Shown piece after piece: positions 1 to 9,504 of a DNA stretch of 63,118 nt. Each line of letters starts with the position of its first letter. The stretch's first letter is position 1. The DNA is from Candidatus Woesearchaeota archaeon (GTDB lineage: Archaea > Nanobdellota > Nanobdellia > Woesearchaeales > UBA9642). The notes under the pieces are model-generated. The model was not told where the DNA came from. It did no database searches and saw only the letters and a program-made list of their open reading frames with translations. Location: positions 1 through 63,118 of the forward strand of contig JAFGLI010000014.1 in the NCBI GenBank assembly GCA_016928115.1, in the 5' to 3' direction. The position numbers and the translations under genes are program-made.

Positions 1-64
1 AACCAAGGGTTTACACAAAGTGTACAACCCTTCTTTTGGGGTAATAGCACTTTTAAAGGGCTAT

Positions 65-139
65 TGGGGCTGCCGGGATTCGAACCCAGGTCTTAAGGTC
101 CCAAACCTCAAATGCTAGGCCAGGCTACACTACAGCCCC
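65..139 (-). tRNA. tRNA-Pro(UGG)
   Basis: The reverse complement folds as a cloverleaf: acceptor GGGGCUG/CAGCCCC, anticodon stem UGAGG/CCUUA with loop UUUGGGA, T arm CUGGG-UUCGAAU-CCCGG, discriminator A. No encoded CCA. Confidence 0.9.
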
Positions 140-270
140 AGAATTTTTTGGGAAAATACTAAAAATCCAAAGGATTTTTTGTATCACTTCGTGACTTCAC
201 AAAACCAAGTGACATGCACTCATTTCATTCGCTTAGTTCCTTTATGAAAATAAGAGAAATTTTGGGGTTT

Positions 271-2511
271 TTAAGTTTTATTGTTTTTCTTGTGGTTATT
301 ATGATTATTATGATTGTTGTCTATTGACTCAGTATGCCTGCATTTGGGGTAATTGCTACAGCCGTAGAATTTTCCATATACTGATTCCCTTACAACAAGA
401 TTACCGCCGCATTTCGGGCATTTTTTCTCAATCTCGCCTTTTTCAATCTCTTTCATCTCTTTTTTTGCTTCTTTATCCTTGATTTCCTTGTTTTTGCATT
501 CGGGATTTAAACATATTTCCTGCTTTTTGCCTTTTTTTGCAATGCCAATTATGGGATAGCCGCATTTCGGGCATATTTTTTTTGTAGTATATATTTTACC
601 ATTCTGAGGCAGGTTTAGTATAATATCGCATTTGGGATTGTCACATGCAATAAACTCTTTTTTTGTTTTATTGGAATATCGTATCATAAGGTTTCCTTTT
701 TTGCATTTCGGGCATTTGCCTGCGAGGTTCTTTTTTCTCTCTGTTTCATAATATGCCTTTTTCAGTTCCTTGCCTATCTTGTCTTCCTTTTCCTTGAATT
801 TTTTAAGGATGTGAGTAAGCCTTTTTTTTGCCTCTTTTATTATATTTGCCTCTTTTTCCTCTTTATTTCTTATTTTTTCCATCTCTTCTTCAAAATAGCT
901 TGTAAGATTTTCATCTATTATCTCATCAGAGTATTTTTCAAGTATTTTTATGGTTTCCATTCCTATTTCTGCAGGCTTTATGGGCGTTCCGTAAACATAT
1001 TCTCTTTGATATAAAGAATCTATAATCTGCGCTCTTGTTGCTTTAGTTCCGAGGTTTCTTTTTTCAAGTTCCTGTATTATAGAACTGGGCGTATAGCGCT
1101 TTGGCGGCTGGGTTTCCTTGTCGTGTTTTATTATGTCATCTATTTTTACCATATCTCCTTTTTCAACTGCAGGCATATTGTGCTCTTTATATTTTATATA
1201 AGGCTCATAAAATATATGCCATCCCTTTTCCAAAGTTCTTTTGCCTTCTGAAATGAATATCTCATCTTTGACATTGATTTTTATTTTCAGAGACTCTCTT
1301 TTTGCGTTTTCTCCGAAGCAGGACATGAACCTTCTTGCAATAAGGTCATATATTTTAAAAGACTTTTTATCAAGTTTCGGGATTATGCCTGTAGGATAAA
1401 TGGCAGGATGTGCAGGGTCTGTTTTTTTGCCCTGATTTGGCTTAAGAATTTTTTTGGACAATAGTTTTTCTGCTAGTTCCTTGTAAGCACCCTGTTTTTT
1501 TAAATGTGAAATTATTTTTTCATAGCCTATGTTTTTAGGCAATTGCTGTGAAGAAGTTCTTGGATAAGAAATGTAACCGTTTATATATAAGTCCTGGGCT
1601 ATCTGCAGGGTCTCCTTCGGGTTTATATGAAACAGCTTATATGCCTCGGTCTGTAATGTCGTAAGATCAAAAGGGAATAAAGGATATTGCAGATACTGCT
1701 TTTTTTCAACCTCATTTATAACACCCCCTTTGCTTTTCTCCACTTTCTTTTTGATTCTGATGACTTCTTTCTCGTCTTTGAATTTGTCTTTTTCATGCCA
1801 TGCCTCAAGATTATGGTTCTTTATTTTTCCCAACAGCTGCAACTGCCAGTATGGCTCAGGAATAAATTTCTCGATTTCTCTTTCTCTTTCAACAATCATT
1901 TTCAGAGCAGGCCCCTGCACCCTTCCAGTGCTTAAAATCTTGAAATAACCTGCTTTTTTTATCGCACTCATCAATGCCCTGCTTATATTTATACCATATA
2001 GCCAGTCAAGAAAATGCCTTGTTTCGCCTGCATAAGCCTGTCCCCAGTCAAGATGTTTTAGTTTATTTTTATAAGATTCTTCTAAATCAGGGACTGTTAG
2101 TGTAGAAAATTTCATCCTGTTTGCATCCTTTTTTTTGCACACAAACCTTATTATGTTTAATCCTATAACCTCTCCTTCAATATCATAATCAGTCGCAACA
2201 GTGAAATTATTGCATTTTTTTGAGAGCGTTTTCAGGGCATTCAGGTATTTTTTTGAATAATCTGATTTTTTCCTGACCTCACTGTTTGGCTTCCACTCTA
2301 TATCAAAGCTAGGATATGCGAGGGATTTTGATTTTTTCTTTTCTGTTAAAGAATAAAGGTGCCCTACAGCACACCCAACAAGAATATTTTTTGATTTTAT
2401 CTCATAGTATGGTATTTTATTAATATATTTTTTTTCAGGCTTCTTGCCAGTGAGTGCATAAGCTATCTTATTTGCTGCAGAAGGCTTCTCAGTAATGATT
2501 AATTCAGTCAT
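271..2511 (-). CDS. topA: DNA topoisomerase I (type IA) with three C-terminal Zn-ribbons
   Basis: N-terminal Toprim (ELIITEKPS, DYDIEGE), active-site YPRTSS motif, and three CPKC...C..C ribbons. Ends in an NNHNNHNNH low-complexity tail. Confidence 0.9.
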   Translation of the reverse strand: MTELIITEKPSAANKIAYALTGKKPEKKYINKIPYYEIKSKNILVGCAVGHLYSLTEKKKSKSLAYPSFDIEWKPNSEVRKKSDYSKKYLNALKTLSKKCNNFTVATDYDIEGEVIGLNIIRFVCKKKDANRMKFSTLTVPDLEESYKNKLKHLDWGQAYAGETRHFLDWLYGINISRALMSAIKKAGYFKILSTGRVQGPALKMIVEREREIEKFIPEPYWQLQLLGKIKNHNLEAWHEKDKFKDEKEVIRIKKKVEKSKGGVINEVEKKQYLQYPLFPFDLTTLQTEAYKLFHINPKETLQIAQDLYINGYISYPRTSSQQLPKNIGYEKIISHLKKQGAYKELAEKLLSKKILKPNQGKKTDPAHPAIYPTGIIPKLDKKSFKIYDLIARRFMSCFGENAKRESLKIKINVKDEIFISEGKRTLEKGWHIFYEPYIKYKEHNMPAVEKGDMVKIDDIIKHDKETQPPKRYTPSSIIQELEKRNLGTKATRAQIIDSLYQREYVYGTPIKPAEIGMETIKILEKYSDEIIDENLTSYFEEEMEKIRNKEEKEANIIKEAKKRLTHILKKFKEKEDKIGKELKKAYYETERKKNLAGKCPKCKKGNLMIRYSNKTKKEFIACDNPKCDIILNLPQNGKIYTTKKICPKCGYPIIGIAKKGKKQEICLNPECKNKEIKDKEAKKEMKEIEKGEIEKKCPKCGGNLVVRESVYGKFYGCSNYPKCRHTESIDNNHNNHNNHKKNNKT

Positions 2512-2605
2512 AAATCCCGAAAAATTTGTTTAGTTTAAAAATCTTTTGCTCTATTTAATGTTATTTTTCCGCAATTTTTTTATAATCAATATGTTTAATC
2601 TTAAT

Positions 2606-3397
2606 ATGTTTTACCATAATATCAACCCTGTTTTATTAAGATTAGGCCCTTTTAGCATAAGATATTACGGCCTGACTTATGCACTTGGATTCCTTCTAGT
2701 ATTTTATATATTAAGAAAAACAGCATCTGAAAAAAGGATAAAAAATTTCAATGTTGAAAAATCCGAAGCATTGGTTTTATGGTTAATCTTATCTGTTATA
2801 ATCGGAGCAAGGCTGACAACAGTCTTAATCTTTAATCATGGATTTTATTTCAGCAATCCTCTTGAAATCCTGAAAATATGGCACGGCGGCCTCTCTTTCC
2901 TCGGCGGCTTCATCAGTGCTTTAATAGTCGGTAACTGGTACTGCAGAAAGAACAATATAAATTTTGGTAAACTGGCGGATATTGTAATAATCCCTGTTTC
3001 TTTAATTCTTGGCTTGGGCAGGATTGCTAATTTCATTAATGCAGAATTATATGGCATAAAAACAGCTGTAAAATGGTGTGTTGTATTCCCAAATGCTGCA
3101 GGATGCAGGCATCCCACGCAGTTATATGAGGCTTTTGCTTATATATTGATATTTTTTATCATATTTTTCCTTTACAGGAGATATCTAAAAGATTACAAAA
3201 AAAGGAAGATTGTCCCGGGAACAACATTATGGATTTTCGGCTTATTATATGGTATTTCAAGGTTCATAATATGCTTCTGGAAAGAGCAGGCTGTATTTTT
3301 AGGCCTGAAAGAAGGCCAGTGGTTTTTATTGTTTTTGATTATATTCTCTATAGGGTGGCTGGTCAGGAATTATATAGTAAAGAATAAACCTTTATAA
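2606..3397 (+). CDS. lgt: Prolipoprotein diacylglyceryl transferase (Lgt)
   Basis: Lgt signatures WHGGLSFLGGF, GRIANFINAELYG and RHPTQLYEA in a polytopic membrane protein. The ORF-track start 2546 is a TTG. ATG 2606 lies 21 nt after TATA-like TTTTATAAT (2577-2585) and matches the usual Lgt N-terminus. Confidence 0.85.
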   Translation: MFYHNINPVLLRLGPFSIRYYGLTYALGFLLVFYILRKTASEKRIKNFNVEKSEALVLWLILSVIIGARLTTVLIFNHGFYFSNPLEILKIWHGGLSFLGGFISALIVGNWYCRKNNINFGKLADIVIIPVSLILGLGRIANFINAELYGIKTAVKWCVVFPNAAGCRHPTQLYEAFAYILIFFIIFFLYRRYLKDYKKRKIVPGTTLWIFGLLYGISRFIICFWKEQAVFLGLKEGQWFLLFLIIFSIGWLVRNYIVKNKPL

Positions 3398-3419
3398 ACC
3401 AACATCTTTTCTTTAAAAC

Positions 3420-5147
3420 ATGAAAACAACCCTTCCTGAAAAATTTATAGAAGAGATTGTAAAAAGGATTAAGCAGGAAAAACCTGATAAGAAACAACTG
3501 AATAAAATAAAACTGGAGCTGAGTTCCAAATATAACCTAAAGGAAATTCCGAAAAACATAGAACTGATGCTGAATATTCCTGTTAGTGAATTAGAAGAAG
3601 TTAAAAGATATTTGACTATGAAAGAAGTAAGAACCGGCTCAGGGGTTGCTGTTATAGCATTAATGTCAAAACCAATAAAATGCCCACACGGCAAATGCAT
3701 AATGTGCCCTGGAGGCCCGGAAAGCTATTTCGGATATGTCCCCCAGTCTTATACAGGAAAAGAGCCTGCCACAAGAAGAGCTTTAAGAAATAAATATGAC
3801 CCTTATTTTCAGATTTTTAACAGGCTGGAGCATTATGTTGTTATGGGGCAAAGCCCGCAGAAAGTGGAAATGATTATCATGGGAGGCACATTTCCTTCTT
3901 TTCCAAAAGATTATAAAAAAGATTTTATAAGAAACTGTTTCAAGGCAATGAATGATTTCTCTGACTTGGTTTATGATTCTAAAGGAAGTTTACAATTAAA
4001 TAAATTCAAGGAATTCTTTGAGTTGCCCGGAAAAGTCGGCAGTAAGGAGAGAGTAAAGAAAATACATAAAAGATTACAAAAAAAGAAAAATGAAAATATC
4101 ATTTCATTAAAAGAAGAGCAAAAGAGAAATGAAAAGTCCAACATAAGGAATGTTGCTTTATGCATAGAGACAAGGCCTGATTACTGTAAAGAGGAACATA
4201 TTAATGAAATGCTGGAGTTCGGGACTACAAGAGTTGAACTGGGTGTTCAGAGCACCAAGGATTCTGTTCTGAAAAAAATGCAGAGAGGTCATACTGTAAA
4301 GGATTCAATTGAAGCTACAGAATTAATGAAAGATTCTTTTTTAAAAGTCACATATCATATGATGCCTGGTTTCATAAAGGGTTTTCATAAAGGCAGTTTA
4401 AATGATGAATTAAACGATTTGATGGAAATAATAACAAACCCTGATTTCAGGCCGGATGCCCTGAAAATATACCCTGCCCTGGTCATTAAAGGGACTGAAT
4501 TATATGAATTATGGAAAAAAGGAAAATTTGAGCCTCTTAATACAGAAGAAGCTATTAAATTAATTAAGGAGTTTAAACAGAATATTCCAAAATACATGAG
4601 AATTATGAGAGTCCAGAGGGACATTCCTGTTCAGAGAGTTGAAGCAGGAGTAAAAAAAACAAATCTGAGGCAGATGATAAGAAAGGAGATGAAAAAAGAA
4701 AACATAGAATGTAATTGTATTAGGTGCAGGGAGCCTTTCTTGTCTGAAAAATACAAAAACAAAAAAACAGATTTTGATGATGTGAAAATTTTAACAAAAG
4801 AATATGATGCAAGCAGTGGAAAAGAGATTTTTATTTCTGCTGAAGATGTTAAAAATAATATTTTACTGGGTTTCTGCAGGTTAAGGATTAATAATTTAAA
4901 GAATAAAAAAACAGCAGGGATAAGAGAACTGCATGTTTACGGCTCTGCTCTGGGCTTGCAGAAGAGAAAAGAAGAAAGCATACAGCATAAAGGCTACGGC
5001 AAAAAGCTGTTGAAAAAAGCAGAGGAAATAGCCAAAAACAAATATGATGTTAAGAAATTATATGTTATTTCAGGAGTGGGAGTCAGGGAATATTACAGAA
5101 ATTTAGGCTATAAACAGGATGGCGTTTATATGAGCAGGGAATTATAA
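3420..5147 (+). CDS. elp3: Elp3-type radical SAM/GNAT tRNA U34 carboxymethyl-modification enzyme
   Basis: KPIKCPHGKCIMCPGG cluster region, a radical SAM core, and a C-terminal GNAT (HKGYGKKLLKKAEEIA). Confidence 0.9.
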   Translation: MKTTLPEKFIEEIVKRIKQEKPDKKQLNKIKLELSSKYNLKEIPKNIELMLNIPVSELEEVKRYLTMKEVRTGSGVAVIALMSKPIKCPHGKCIMCPGGPESYFGYVPQSYTGKEPATRRALRNKYDPYFQIFNRLEHYVVMGQSPQKVEMIIMGGTFPSFPKDYKKDFIRNCFKAMNDFSDLVYDSKGSLQLNKFKEFFELPGKVGSKERVKKIHKRLQKKKNENIISLKEEQKRNEKSNIRNVALCIETRPDYCKEEHINEMLEFGTTRVELGVQSTKDSVLKKMQRGHTVKDSIEATELMKDSFLKVTYHMMPGFIKGFHKGSLNDELNDLMEIITNPDFRPDALKIYPALVIKGTELYELWKKGKFEPLNTEEAIKLIKEFKQNIPKYMRIMRVQRDIPVQRVEAGVKKTNLRQMIRKEMKKENIECNCIRCREPFLSEKYKNKKTDFDDVKILTKEYDASSGKEIFISAEDVKNNILLGFCRLRINNLKNKKTAGIRELHVYGSALGLQKRKEESIQHKGYGKKLLKKAEEIAKNKYDVKKLYVISGVGVREYYRNLGYKQDGVYMSREL

Positions 5148-5184
5148 CCATTAACTTTTTATATCCTGTTTTTTTCTTAAGATT

Positions 5185-6177
5185 ATGGTAAAATTAGAAA
5201 GAATACCAAATACTGAAAATATTAAAATAAAAGATTCTTTTAAAGAACAGTATAAAAATTTGTTGGGAAAAGATTATGATGAATTTATTAAATATTCCTT
5301 ATCATATCAGAGAAAAGCCATAAGAGTGAATACCCTGAAGATTTCTATCGATGATTTGAAAAAGAGGCTTGAGAAAAGATGGATTCTAAAACAGGTTCCG
5401 TGGTGCAGAGAGGGGTTTTTCATTGATTTTAAAGGCACTGAAGAAGAAAAAGAAGATGAGCGGTATGATATCGGAAACCTGCCAGAGCATGCTATGGGCT
5501 ATATATATGTACAGTCTGCTGTCTCAATGATTCCTCCTCTTGTGATGGAATTAAACCCGAAACACAAAGTTCTGGACTTATGTGCTGCCCCCGGCTCAAA
5601 AACAACACAGATAGCCCAGTATATGGGCAATAAGGGAATTTTAATAGCCAATGATATAGACGCAAAAAGGCTGAAGGCATTGGGTTTAAACCTGCAGAGA
5701 TGCGGAATAACCAATACAATAATAACTAATATGTCTGGAAATAGTTTTTCCAGAAGGCCTGATAAAGATGATGAAAAATTTGATAGAATACTGCTGGATG
5801 CACCCTGCTCAGGAACAGGGATAATAATGAAATCATTGAAAACCTTGCTGAATTGGAATATAAATGCAGTAAAAAGATTACAGAGCATACAAAAAGACTT
5901 AATACAGAATTCCTTTAAAATTTTAAAGAAAAAAGGCTTATTAATTTACAGCACATGCACTTTAGAGCCTATGGAGAATGAGGCAGTAATAGATTATTTC
6001 TTAAAACACAATAAGAATGCAAAATTAGAAGAAATTAAATTACCCATAAAATCCACAAAACCCTTCCTGGAATACAATGATGAGAAATATAACAAAGAAA
6101 TAAAAAAATGCTTAAGAATCCATCCTTATGACAATAACACAGGAGGTTTTTTCGTGGCTAAAATAAGAAAATTATAA
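5185..6177 (+). CDS. NOL1/NOP2/Sun-family RNA (cytosine-C5)-methyltransferase
   Basis: SAM motif DLCAAPGSKT and catalytic motifs DAPCSGTG and YSTCT. Confidence 0.85.
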   Translation: MVKLERIPNTENIKIKDSFKEQYKNLLGKDYDEFIKYSLSYQRKAIRVNTLKISIDDLKKRLEKRWILKQVPWCREGFFIDFKGTEEEKEDERYDIGNLPEHAMGYIYVQSAVSMIPPLVMELNPKHKVLDLCAAPGSKTTQIAQYMGNKGILIANDIDAKRLKALGLNLQRCGITNTIITNMSGNSFSRRPDKDDEKFDRILLDAPCSGTGIIMKSLKTLLNWNINAVKRLQSIQKDLIQNSFKILKKKGLLIYSTCTLEPMENEAVIDYFLKHNKNAKLEEIKLPIKSTKPFLEYNDEKYNKEIKKCLRIHPYDNNTGGFFVAKIRKL

Positions 6178-7335
6178 AGTTATAATCTCAGCACTCTCAA
6201 CAGAATCCTTAATCTCTTTTCCAATATTCAAATTCTTTTCAGCCTTTTCTATTGTCTTTAGATCTGATTTAATCTCAGGATGTTCTGGTAAATAATAGCT
6301 ACAGCAGTCTTCATAAGGTTGTATTGATATTTCATATGTGCCTATTTCCCTGCTTATTTTTACAATTTCTTCCTTAGTAAATCCTATTAACGGGCTGAAA
6401 ACAGGCAGTTCAGCCTTATCATATATTACATTAAGATTCTCCAGTGTTTGTGAAGCCACCTGCCCTATAGAATCACCCGTAACTAAACCCAAGGCATGCT
6501 CTTTTTCAGCTATTTTAGAGCCTATCTCAAACATTATTCTCCTGTAAACAATCATTCGATATTTAGCAGGAATATTTTTTATAATCTCTTTCTGGATATT
6601 TCCGAATTTTACAATATAGAGTTTTGTTCTGGGCTGGTATTGGCTTAATTTCTCAGCCAGCTCTTTTATCTTGGATTCAACACCTTTTTTGGTTATTGTC
6701 TCATTCTGAAAATGAACTAAAATTACTTCACAGCCGCGGTTAAACAACATATATGAAGCAACAGGGCTGTCAATTCCTCCTGAAATCAAGCTTATAACCT
6801 TTCCTGTAACCCCAACAGGCAGGCCTCCGAGTGATTTTGTCTTATTAATGTAAATAAAGATATCTTTTTCAGTAATCTCTGTATAAAAACAAATCTCAGG
6901 ATTGTTCAGATTAACCTTCCATTTGTATTTTTTTAATATTTTTTCACCTAAAATTTCATTTATCTGCTGTGAATTATATTTAAATTCTTTATTGGACCTT
7001 AAAGCCTTGACAGCAAAAGTTTCAGCTTTAAGCTTATTTTCCTCTATAATTTCAATTATCTTATCCTCACATTCTTTAATGTCCAGATTACAGTTAACAG
7101 CAAATGCAAAATGGGATATTCCGCTTATTTTTTTTAATCTCTCCTCGATTTTTTTAATATTTGAATTCTTATTAAGAAAAATTATAATCCTTCCATACAG
7201 CCTCTTTATATTTTCTTTATTTTGCAGGATTTCCTCGATATTCCTGACTAATTTAAGCTCAAATTTCTTCCTGTTGCCTTTTTTCAGGGCTATTTCGCTG
7301 TAATGTATTACCACAGCCTCAGGATTTTTTATCAT
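6172..7335 (-). CDS. thiI: tRNA 4-thiouridine synthase ThiI (THUMP + PP-loop)
   Basis: HYSEIALKKGNRKKF N-terminus, a THUMP region, and PP-loop SGGIDSPVA. The longest ORF starts at 7431, but ThiI homologues begin near MIKNPEAVV (ATG 7335). Confidence 0.85.
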   Translation of the reverse strand: MIKNPEAVVIHYSEIALKKGNRKKFELKLVRNIEEILQNKENIKRLYGRIIIFLNKNSNIKKIEERLKKISGISHFAFAVNCNLDIKECEDKIIEIIEENKLKAETFAVKALRSNKEFKYNSQQINEILGEKILKKYKWKVNLNNPEICFYTEITEKDIFIYINKTKSLGGLPVGVTGKVISLISGGIDSPVASYMLFNRGCEVILVHFQNETITKKGVESKIKELAEKLSQYQPRTKLYIVKFGNIQKEIIKNIPAKYRMIVYRRIMFEIGSKIAEKEHALGLVTGDSIGQVASQTLENLNVIYDKAELPVFSPLIGFTKEEIVKISREIGTYEISIQPYEDCCSYYLPEHPEIKSDLKTIEKAEKNLNIGKEIKDSVESAEIITL

Positions 7336-7482
7336 GTTTTTCAAGCTGTTTTTCGTAAAATTGGTTGTTTTATAAATATTTAGTTTATAGGGCTTAAAAA
7401 TGCCTAAAAAATCGCAAACTTTATAAATCATAAACCTATATAATTTATACTGATTTCTCGACGGGAAACTAGGGAGATAAAC

Positions 7483-9426
7483 ATGGCAAATGAAAATGCA
7501 GGAAATAGCGGAAAAAATCTTAAAAAATCCGAAAAAAACGATGAGGATTACAGTTCAGAACACATAAAGGTTTTTGAGAATCTTGAGGCTGTAAGAAAAA
7601 GGCCCAGTATGTACATAGGGAGTACATCTTCTAGGGGTTTACACCATCTAGTATATGAGATTGTGGATAATTCTATAGACGAAGCAATGGCTGATTTCTG
7701 CGATAAGATCGATGTTATTGTCCATAAAGATAATTCTGTTACAGTAAAAGACAACGGCAGGGGCATTCCTGTGGATATTCACTCACAGTATAATATTTCG
7801 GGTGTTGAGGTTGTTCTAACAAAACTTCATGCAGGAGGAAAATTTGACAAGAAATCCTATAAGGTTTCAGGTGGTTTGCACGGCGTAGGGGCTTCTGTTG
7901 TAAATGCATTATCTGAATTTTTAGAAGTCAGGGTAAAGAGAAAGGGGCAGGTGTGGTACCAGAAATATGAAAAAGGAAAGCCGCTTGGCAAATTGGAAAT
8001 AACCGGCTCAACTGAAAATACAGGAACAGAAATCCATTTCAAGCCGGATTCAGAGATTTTCAGCACAACATCTTTTGATATAACTATATTGCAGTCAAGG
8101 TTAAGAGAGCTTGCATTTCTTAATTCGATAAAAATCACTCTGAAAGATGAAAGAACAAAAAAGCCAATGGAGACAGAGTTTTATTATGAGAACGGGGTGA
8201 TTGATTTTGTCAAATATTTGAATAAGAATAAAACACCCATACATGACATAATTTATCTTAAAAAAGAAAAAAAAGGAGTTCAGTTAGAAGTTGCAATGCA
8301 GTACACTGACTCATACAGCGAGAGCACTTTTTCGTTTGTAAACAATATCAATACACATGAAGGCGGAACACATTTAACAGGATTTAAGACAGCACTTACA
8401 AGAACACTTAATAATTACATGGAAAGCAATAAGATTGCAGATAAAGAAAAGTTCATAAGCGAGGATGTAAGGGAAGGATTATCCTGTATAATAGCCCTGA
8501 AGATACCTGAGCCACAGTTTGAAGGTCAGACAAAAACAAAGCTGGGCAATAGGGAAATCAAGGGAGTTGTTGACAGCCTAGTAAGCAACGGGCTTAATGT
8601 ATTCCTTGATGAGCATCCAAAAACAGCCAAAATCATAATAAATAAATCATTAAATGCACTTAAAACAAGGGAAGCAGCAAGAAAAGCCAAGGAAATAACC
8701 AGAAGGAAAAATGTCCTTGAGTTTTCCACGCTGCCAGGCAAGCTTGCTGACTGCAGCAATAAAGACCCTGCAAAATGTGAAATATTTATAGTAGAAGGGG
8801 ATTCTGCAGGAGGCTCTGCAAAGCAGGCAAGGAAAAAGGATTTCCAGGCAATACTGCCTCTGAGGGGAAAGATACTGAATGTTGAGAAATCAAGGCTCAA
8901 TAAGATTTTATCCAATAAGGAAATAGGTAATATGATTACTGCATTAGGCACGGGAATAGGGGATGATTTTGACCCGAATAAATTAAGGTACAGCACAATT
9001 ATAATCATGACTGACTCTGATGTGGACGGCTCTCATATTGACACTTTGCTATTAACATTTTTCTTCAGGTACATGACTCCTTTGATAGAAACAGGCCATG
9101 TTTTCCTTGCACAGCCTCCTCTTTATCTTGTTAAAAAAGGCAAGGAAAAATTTTATGTGAGGGGAGATAAAGAAAAAGATGAAATGATAAAAGATATGGG
9201 GGCAAAGAACATATCAGTTCAAAGGTTTAAAGGTCTTGGAGAGATGAATCCTTCACAGCTATGGGAAACAACAATGGACCCTGAGAAAAGGGTATTGAAG
9301 AGAATAACAATAGATGATGCTCTTGCAGCAGACGAGATATTTTCCATCCTTATGGGCAAGGAAGTCGAGCCAAGGAGAAATTTCATAGAAGAGCATGCAG
9401 AAAAGGTCATAAACCTTGATGTTTAA
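7483..9426 (+). CDS. gyrB: DNA gyrase subunit B
   Basis: GHKL ATPase (LHHLVYEIVDNSIDEA), Toprim EGDSAGG, PLRGKILNVEK, and a C-terminal tail. No gyrA is adjacent. Confidence 0.92.
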   Translation: MANENAGNSGKNLKKSEKNDEDYSSEHIKVFENLEAVRKRPSMYIGSTSSRGLHHLVYEIVDNSIDEAMADFCDKIDVIVHKDNSVTVKDNGRGIPVDIHSQYNISGVEVVLTKLHAGGKFDKKSYKVSGGLHGVGASVVNALSEFLEVRVKRKGQVWYQKYEKGKPLGKLEITGSTENTGTEIHFKPDSEIFSTTSFDITILQSRLRELAFLNSIKITLKDERTKKPMETEFYYENGVIDFVKYLNKNKTPIHDIIYLKKEKKGVQLEVAMQYTDSYSESTFSFVNNINTHEGGTHLTGFKTALTRTLNNYMESNKIADKEKFISEDVREGLSCIIALKIPEPQFEGQTKTKLGNREIKGVVDSLVSNGLNVFLDEHPKTAKIIINKSLNALKTREAARKAKEITRRKNVLEFSTLPGKLADCSNKDPAKCEIFIVEGDSAGGSAKQARKKDFQAILPLRGKILNVEKSRLNKILSNKEIGNMITALGTGIGDDFDPNKLRYSTIIIMTDSDVDGSHIDTLLLTFFFRYMTPLIETGHVFLAQPPLYLVKKGKEKFYVRGDKEKDEMIKDMGAKNISVQRFKGLGEMNPSQLWETTMDPEKRVLKRITIDDALAADEIFSILMGKEVEPRRNFIEEHAEKVINLDV

Positions 9427-9474
9427 ATTCTTAATTTTGTTGCTTAATTAAATAGAGAATAATAAATCAAAAAG

Positions 9475-9483
9475 TTTATAAAT
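9475..9483 (+). promoter_or_regulatory. TATA box (TTTATAAAT) for rps3ae, leaderless spacing
   Basis: TTTATAAAT ends 21-22 nt before ATG 9505. The same motif and spacing recur upstream of many genes in the window. Confidence 0.55.
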
Positions 9484-9504
9484 GCCTCAAATTTCTCATT
9501 TTTT

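Noticed and set aside
283-320. 9-nt tandem repeat (attatgatt) at the 3' end of topA
   Set aside because: It simply encodes the NNHNNHNNH tail, a short in-frame codon repeat of the kind common in AT-rich genomes. It is not an independent element.
811-1948. Plus-strand ORFs (67-82 aa) inside topA, and similar ones inside gyrB, ileS, argS and lhr
   Set aside because: They are antisense chance ORFs in long, motif-verified genes, with hydrophobic low-complexity translations.
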